DNA from: Candidatus Latescibacterota bacterium
GTDB lineage: Bacteria; Latescibacterota; UBA2968; GCA-2709665
Length of the DNA: 64,000 bases
NCBI GenBank assembly: GCA_965226795.1
Contig: CBDDDZ010000005.1
Coordinates: 672,001 to 736,000 of the forward strand
Reading direction: 5' to 3'
Position 1 is the first letter of the stretch. Each line of letters starts with the position of its first letter. The position numbers and the translations under genes are program-made. This document shows positions 59,253 through 64,000 of this stretch, piece after piece. The notes below the pieces were generated by a model that searched no databases, was not told the origin of the DNA, and saw only the letters and a list, made by a program, of their open reading frames with translations.

Positions 59253-60122
59253 TCAGCGGCCGGCCCTTCCACCCTGGTAGTTTTCCCGGTTTGCGGCGGC
59301 GATAACGGGCGCAATTTTGTCCGCGAACCGGATCTGGCTGTTGTCTTCCGGATCGTAGCCGATGATCTTCCGGGCGTTGGCGATACTCCAGAAATTGTGG
59401 CTGTTTCCGCTGATGCCGTAGAAAATCTGAAACGGGATGCCGTTCTCGTCTTCGATATTCTCCGTTTCGATGCTCTTAATCAGGAGTTGGGTCTGGTCCC
59501 GCGCGCTCAGGTAGGCCCCCAGGCCGCGGTGCATGCCCTTCGGGTTTTCCGGTCTGAGGTTGTCGGCAACGCTGTCGCGCGGCGCGCCGATGCGCAGCTG
59601 GATATTCTGAAGCTTCCTTCCGTTGCCGATCCTGCCCGCGGCAAAGGCGAACCCCAGCAGTTCGTAAGCGGCCTTGGCCCAGCCGTAGAAGTTGTCGGAA
59701 AGCGGGCGCATGTCCGGCGTGACGAATTCCATTGCCCCGGACCAGATGAGCGTCTCATAGAAGTCGGCGGCGTGGTTGGAACTGATGACGACCATTCGGC
59801 GGACGTTTTCTTCCAGACAGGTCTGGTAAACGTTATACGCTATGGCGATGTTGTCGGATTCGGCCCAGTATTGATCCTCCGGTTCTTTCGCACGGGTGAA
59901 GCCGCAATGTATCACGGCGTCTGTGTCCCTGAAATGCTCCCTGTACCCATCTCTGTCCCGGTTGAGGAGATCGGCCTGGATGATGCCCTCCACTTTATTG
60001 CCGGATCTGTCGGTTTTTCGGACGTCCAGCAGACCGAGGTTATATCGCTCCCTGAGGACAGGCAGGCTCCGTCCCGCTATGTATCCGGCTGCGCCCGTAA
60101 CGACTACCCTGCGTTTCGCCAT
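59253..60122 (-). CDS. NAD-dependent epimerase/dehydratase (uronate dehydrogenase-like SDR)
   Basis: VTGAAGYIA, SSNHAAD, NFYGWAK, LRIGAP, FYGISGN; true start ATG 60122. Confidence 0.85.
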   Translation of the reverse strand: MAKRRVVVTGAAGYIAGRSLPVLRERYNLGLLDVRKTDRSGNKVEGIIQADLLNRDRDGYREHFRDTDAVIHCGFTRAKEPEDQYWAESDNIAIAYNVYQTCLEENVRRMVVISSNHAADFYETLIWSGAMEFVTPDMRPLSDNFYGWAKAAYELLGFAFAAGRIGNGRKLQNIQLRIGAPRDSVADNLRPENPKGMHRGLGAYLSARDQTQLLIKSIETENIEDENGIPFQIFYGISGNSHNFWSIANARKIIGYDPEDNSQIRFADKIAPVIAAANRENYQGGRAGR

Positions 60123-60133
60123 CGGAGTTTCCT

Positions 60134-60895
60134 TTACGGTAGTGAAAAGGGCATGGGGATTCCGGGGTGGTGCGTGTACCGGTTCTCGCCCCTGAGCAGG
60201 ATGGGCCGCCAGTCCCGGCCGATCGAGTTGGATTCGATCTGTCTGGCTTCCGGCGGGATAAAACGGACGGTAAGGCCGCAACGCCGGCGGGTCGAGGTAT
60301 TGGGCATGCTGGCGTGGAAAAGTTGGCCGTGATGGACTGACATCTGGCCTGCGCTGAGTTCCAGGTCTATCGCACGGCTGGTGTCGACGAGTTCGTCCGG
60401 AATTTCCTGGTTGATGCTCAATAGATTCCCCTCTCGTTCCGAAGCGCCGTGGGTAACGATGCCGCTCCTGTGGGAACCCGGGATAACCCGCATGCAGCCG
60501 TTCTCCGCGTCGCTGTCGTCTATGGCGATCCAGGCCGTATGCGCCAGCGGCGGCTTCAGACCCCAGTAAGTGACATCCTGGTGCCACGCCACGAAATGTT
60601 TCTCCGCTCTGTCGGGGTACTTGCAAAAAAAGTGCGTGGCCAGAAGCAGGATATCTCCACCCATGGCCTGTTCCATAACGTCGAGGATACGGTCGTCGGT
60701 GGAGAGCCTCCAGATGAATTCTTCTTCGAAATGGCGGGACTGGAGGCCGATCTGACAGATTTCTCTGCCCTCTCTGGCTTCGAGTTCGTCGAACTGCGCC
60801 CTGAATGCGTTGATCTCGTTTTCGGAGAAGACGTCGATTCGAGGCAGCACGCCATTGGCTTCGTAGTATTCGCCCAGGTTCTCGACGGCGGGCAT
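60134..60895 (-). CDS. PhyH-family Fe(II)/2OG dioxygenase
   Basis: VAWHQDVTYW, WIAIDD..ENGCMRVIPGSH, FHASMPNTS.RRR. Confidence 0.92.
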   Translation of the reverse strand: MPAVENLGEYYEANGVLPRIDVFSENEINAFRAQFDELEAREGREICQIGLQSRHFEEEFIWRLSTDDRILDVMEQAMGGDILLLATHFFCKYPDRAEKHFVAWHQDVTYWGLKPPLAHTAWIAIDDSDAENGCMRVIPGSHRSGIVTHGASEREGNLLSINQEIPDELVDTSRAIDLELSAGQMSVHHGQLFHASMPNTSTRRRCGLTVRFIPPEARQIESNSIGRDWRPILLRGENRYTHHPGIPMPFSLP

Positions 60896-61002
60896 AGCGG
60901 AATCCCCCGTTCAGTGATAAAACAGGTGGCGGATAATCTACGGTGAATGGCGCAAGGGTGCAACCCGTTTTTGGTGCCGGCGGCCGATCCCGCGCCTGAG
61001 GA

Positions 61003-61031
61003 TTGACAGACCGGACGCGGGTGGGTATCAT
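61003..61031 (+). promoter_or_regulatory. Sigma70-type promoter
   Basis: TTGACA (61003-61008), 17 nt spacer, TATCAT (61026-61031). Confidence 0.65.
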
Positions 61032-61115
61032 GCGAAACCGGGAACCACTGTCCTCGTGCGATTGCGCCCGGTCTCGATGCAGGAGCCAACTGTTTTCAAT
61101 GATCGGAGGCTGGAA

Positions 61116-62228
61116 ATGAAAATCACCCGTGTAACCGCAATGGTGTTGCGGCTGCCCCATGTCACTGATGCCTGCGACGGTACGCAGGATACCTGTCTGA
61201 TCAGGGTCGAAACCGACGCCGGTCTCACGGGTTGGGGCGAGGTGGATTCCTGTCCGATGGCCGTCAAGGCAATTGTGGACGCGCCGCTGTCACACCAGAT
61301 CTGCAACGGTCTGGCGAACGCGCTTCGCAACGAGAATCCGCTCGAGGTGGAAGTGTGTATGCATCGTATGATGGTCGCGACAAACTACTACGGCGGAGGG
61401 GGCGTGGCGCTGCACGCCATGGCAGGCGTCAATCTTGCGCTCTGGGATATTGCGGGCAAAGCATGTGAACGGCCGGTATACCGGCTTCTGGGGGGACCCT
61501 TCCGGAAGCGTTTTCGGGCGTATTGTTCGATTCTGTTCGGAGATACGCCGGCTCAGACCGGAGAACTGGGGCGGAGGTTTGCGGGTGAGGGTTTTACGGC
61601 GGTCAAGTTCGGCTGGGGGCCGATGGGAAGGGACGAGGAGACCGATATCGCCCTGGTAAAGGAAGCGCGGCGGGGCGTGGGAGACGGGGTGGATGTGCTG
61701 ATCGACGCGGGGCAGGTATGGGACTGGAAGACGGCACTGAAACGAGCGCGTCAGTTCGCGGAGTTTCGCCCGTTCTGGCTCGAGGAGCCCCTGCAACCGG
61801 ACGACCTGCGTGGTTACTCCCGGCTGGCGGCGGAGAGCCCCCTGCCCATTGCCGCGGGTGAAGCGGAAGCACGTCTCGACGCTTTCGAGCGCCTGGTGTC
61901 GGATGGCGGACTGGATTGGGTGCAGCCCGATCCGGGGCGGTGCGGCATTTCGACCATGGTGGAGGTGGGAAGGATGGCGCACCGCCACCATACAGGGGTG
62001 GTGAATCACAGCTTCAAGAGCGGGATAACGATCGCGGCGTCGCTTCACGCGCTCGCCGCGGTACCGGGCGGGGAGATGTTCGAGTATTGTATGTCGGATT
62101 CTCCACTGCGCCACGAACTGACCCACCAGCGCTTCGAACTTGTCGACGGGTACGTCACGGTGCCCGAAGGACCGGGGCTGGGCGTGACGATCAACGAGGA
62201 CACCGTGGCGAAGTACCGGGTGGCATAA
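61116..62228 (+). CDS. Mandelate racemase/muconate lactonizing enzyme family protein
   Basis: TDAGLTGWGE, ALWDIAGK, AVKFGW, LIDAG, WLEEP, AAGE, QPD, GPGLG; ATG 61116 after GGAGG. Confidence 0.9.
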   Translation: MKITRVTAMVLRLPHVTDACDGTQDTCLIRVETDAGLTGWGEVDSCPMAVKAIVDAPLSHQICNGLANALRNENPLEVEVCMHRMMVATNYYGGGGVALHAMAGVNLALWDIAGKACERPVYRLLGGPFRKRFRAYCSILFGDTPAQTGELGRRFAGEGFTAVKFGWGPMGRDEETDIALVKEARRGVGDGVDVLIDAGQVWDWKTALKRARQFAEFRPFWLEEPLQPDDLRGYSRLAAESPLPIAAGEAEARLDAFERLVSDGGLDWVQPDPGRCGISTMVEVGRMAHRHHTGVVNHSFKSGITIAASLHALAAVPGGEMFEYCMSDSPLRHELTHQRFELVDGYVTVPEGPGLGVTINEDTVAKYRVA

Positions 62229-62239
62229 TAGACATCCGT

Positions 62240-63136
62240 TCACCCACCGGAAGAACCCCGGTTTTTGTCCTGAAGTTCACGGATGAACGCCGGGCTCAGG
62301 GCGCCCTGAGCGACCTCCGCGACGGGACCCTCCATGGTAAGGCGGAACTCGGAGTTAACGGCGACGTGGAGAGCGCCGCCCGGAGCGTTCACGGTTACCG
62401 GCGATTCCACCAGCCCCAGGCGAACGGCGGCGCAGGCCGCCGCGCAGGACGACGATCCGGATGCCTGTGTTTCTCCTGCCCCTCGCTCCCAGATGAGAAT
62501 GAAGATTTCCATCGGACCCGTGGGTACGGCCAATTGCACGTTGATGCGATTGGGGAAGAGTTCGTGATTCTCCAGGGCGGGACCCAGGCAGAGCAGTTCA
62601 TCGCGCGTCCAGGCATGGTTCGAGGGTTTGAAGATAACGCAGTGCGGGTTTCCCACGCTGACGCCTGTGAATCTCAGGTCGCGTCCTGCGGCGGTTATCG
62701 GACAATCGATGAGTTCACCGCCGGCCAGCGTGCATGGGAGCGCGTCGGGATTGAAGTTGGCACGTCCCATCTCCACGGTTGCCAGGCTCGCTTCTCCGTA
62801 ACGGTCGATGTGAATCTGGATCTCCACAAGTCCGCCCAGGGTGTCTACGGTAAAGTTACTCCTACGCGTCCGCCGGGTGGCGTGGAGAAACCGGGCAAAA
62901 ATGCGAAGGCCGTTCCCCGACTTTTCTGCTTCGCTGCCATCGGGGTTGAAAATGCGCAGGCTGAAGTCGGCTCCTGCTGCGGGTTCCAGGGTGAGGATGC
63001 CGTCACCGCCGATACCCCGGTTGCGATCGCAAATATAACGGATATTCCCGGGAGTGAGTTCAAAGTCGAGTTCGGACGGATCCATAACGATGTAGTCGTT
63101 ACCCAGACCGTGGCCTTTAAAAAAACCGTTTCTCAC
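62240..63136 (-). CDS. dapF: Diaminopimelate epimerase, Ser/Ser active-site variant
   Basis: FFKGHGLGNDY, RGIGGDG, FNPDGSEAEKSGNG, GNPH, INVQ, WERGAGETQASGSS; GTG 63136 after GGAGG. Confidence 0.88.
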   Translation of the reverse strand: MRNGFFKGHGLGNDYIVMDPSELDFELTPGNIRYICDRNRGIGGDGILTLEPAAGADFSLRIFNPDGSEAEKSGNGLRIFARFLHATRRTRRSNFTVDTLGGLVEIQIHIDRYGEASLATVEMGRANFNPDALPCTLAGGELIDCPITAAGRDLRFTGVSVGNPHCVIFKPSNHAWTRDELLCLGPALENHELFPNRINVQLAVPTGPMEIFILIWERGAGETQASGSSSCAAACAAVRLGLVESPVTVNAPGGALHVAVNSEFRLTMEGPVAEVAQGALSPAFIRELQDKNRGSSGG

Positions 63137-63217
63137 GAATCCTCCGTCAAACGTGATTCGGGCGTCGGCGTTTGGGGGCATGAATCCGGCAAACCCCAAT
63201 ACCGACGCCCGTATCCC

Positions 63218-64000
63218 TTACTTCCACACCAGTACCACACCCATCGTCTCACCCAGCCGCGTGTAAAGCAAGTCAAAAGCTTCAGCAGCTTCCTGGAAGG
63301 GAAAGCGGTGGGTAATCATCTCTTCGGCGCGAATCTCTTTGTGGGCAAGCAGCTGGAGCGCACGGTCCGACCCCAGGGAGCGTTTGCCGCCGTCCGAATA
63401 ACCGCCGACAATGCGCCGGCCCTGGATCTTCCCGGAGTCGAGGGGAAGCGGCTCTTCCTCATATAAGCCGATGACCTGGATAAGTCCCCGGCGTTTCACC
63501 ATATCCTGCGCCTGTGCGAAGGCGGCCGCGCCCGCGCGCCCGCCCACCGCCTCAACCACGACGTCGACGCCGGCGCCCTCCGTCAGCCGCCCGATCGCCC
63601 GCACCGGATCTTCCCGGGATGCGTCCACCACGTGGTCGGCGCCGAGGCGCCCTGCCAGGTCGCATCTGAGGGGCAGCGCATCCACCGCGATAACCCTGGC
63701 GTCCATGTCTGCCTTAAGCGCCTGCATGCAGATGGAGCCCACCAGACCCTGTCCGAGAATGGCGACCGTGTTTTCTTTGCGGGCGTCGATTTCCCACATC
63801 CACAGGACGGAACTCGTGCTCAGCGGCCAGAAGGTGGCGGCTTCGGAGGAGACCGCATCCGGAAGATGCACTACAGGATCTGTGTGGCGGGAACCCACGA
63901 TTTCGACGGCAACGTACTCCGCGTGTGGCGCAATCGCGGCCACACGGTCTCCCATAGAGAAGCCGTCAACGCGCGCACCGACCTCGACGATGTCCCCCAC
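63218..64000 (-). CDS. MDR-family (zinc-binding-like) dehydrogenase, 5' end outside the window
   Basis: GDRVA..APHAEY, ILGQGLVG, DVVVEAVG, MITHRFP. Confidence 0.85.
   Translation of the reverse strand: MGDIVEVGARVDGFSMGDRVAAIAPHAEYVAVEIVGSRHTDPVVHLPDAVSSEAATFWPLSTSSVLWMWEIDARKENTVAILGQGLVGSICMQALKADMDARVIAVDALPLRCDLAGRLGADHVVDASREDPVRAIGRLTEGAGVDVVVEAVGGRAGAAAFAQAQDMVKRRGLIQVIGLYEEEPLPLDSGKIQGRRIVGGYSDGGKRSLGSDRALQLLAHKEIRAEEMITHRFPFQEAAEAFDLLYTRLGETMGVVLVWK

Noticed and set aside
60123..61160. N-terminal extension of the 635-aa ORF
   Set aside because: It overlaps the PhyH gene in another frame; the SDR starts at ATG 60122 with an AGGA SD.

Overview
A GC-rich (roughly 60-65% by eye) chromosomal window from a diderm bacterium, as shown by an LptE-like lipoprotein and an RND pump. 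The dockerin/EF-hand-like 'DFDGD.EVGFSDFLLF' module and the many PhyH, amidohydrolase, Gfo/Idh/MocA and DUF6785-like genes suggest a Latescibacterota-like lineage; this is inference only. In order, the window holds a form-II coxSLMG cluster, an RND permease, T-box-controlled archaeal/spirochaete-type pheST, an ECF-TPR sigma factor and tRNA-Leu(CAG). Next come a catabolic block (heparinase-like/propeller fusion, D-aminoacylase, OPT-like transporter) and a long housekeeping run (thrS-infC-rpmI-rplT, zapB-like-zapA-short 6S-like RNA-rny-ymdB-xseAB-nadK-recN-mqnE-mqnC-mqnA). The rest carries queE, an amidohydrolase triad, a secreted dockerin-like/cytochrome c-like/copper monooxygenase fusion, hisN, a short sigma-70 paralogue, a MotA/TolQ/ExbB-like three-gene unit, sugar-acid enzymes and dapF. 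I saw no CRISPR array, integrase, transposase or rRNA. The strongest leads are: (1) xenologous PheRS under a Phe T-box, with the usual pheST slot after rplT empty; (2) the PHM-like copper monooxygenase fusion; (3) DapF with both catalytic Cys replaced by Ser; (4) an SOS-box-like palindrome inside a sigma factor promoter; (5) two unexplained structured RNAs (the thrS leader and about 50.1-50.25 kb); (6) the ExbB-like triplet. All family calls come from motif recognition by eye, not from database searches.
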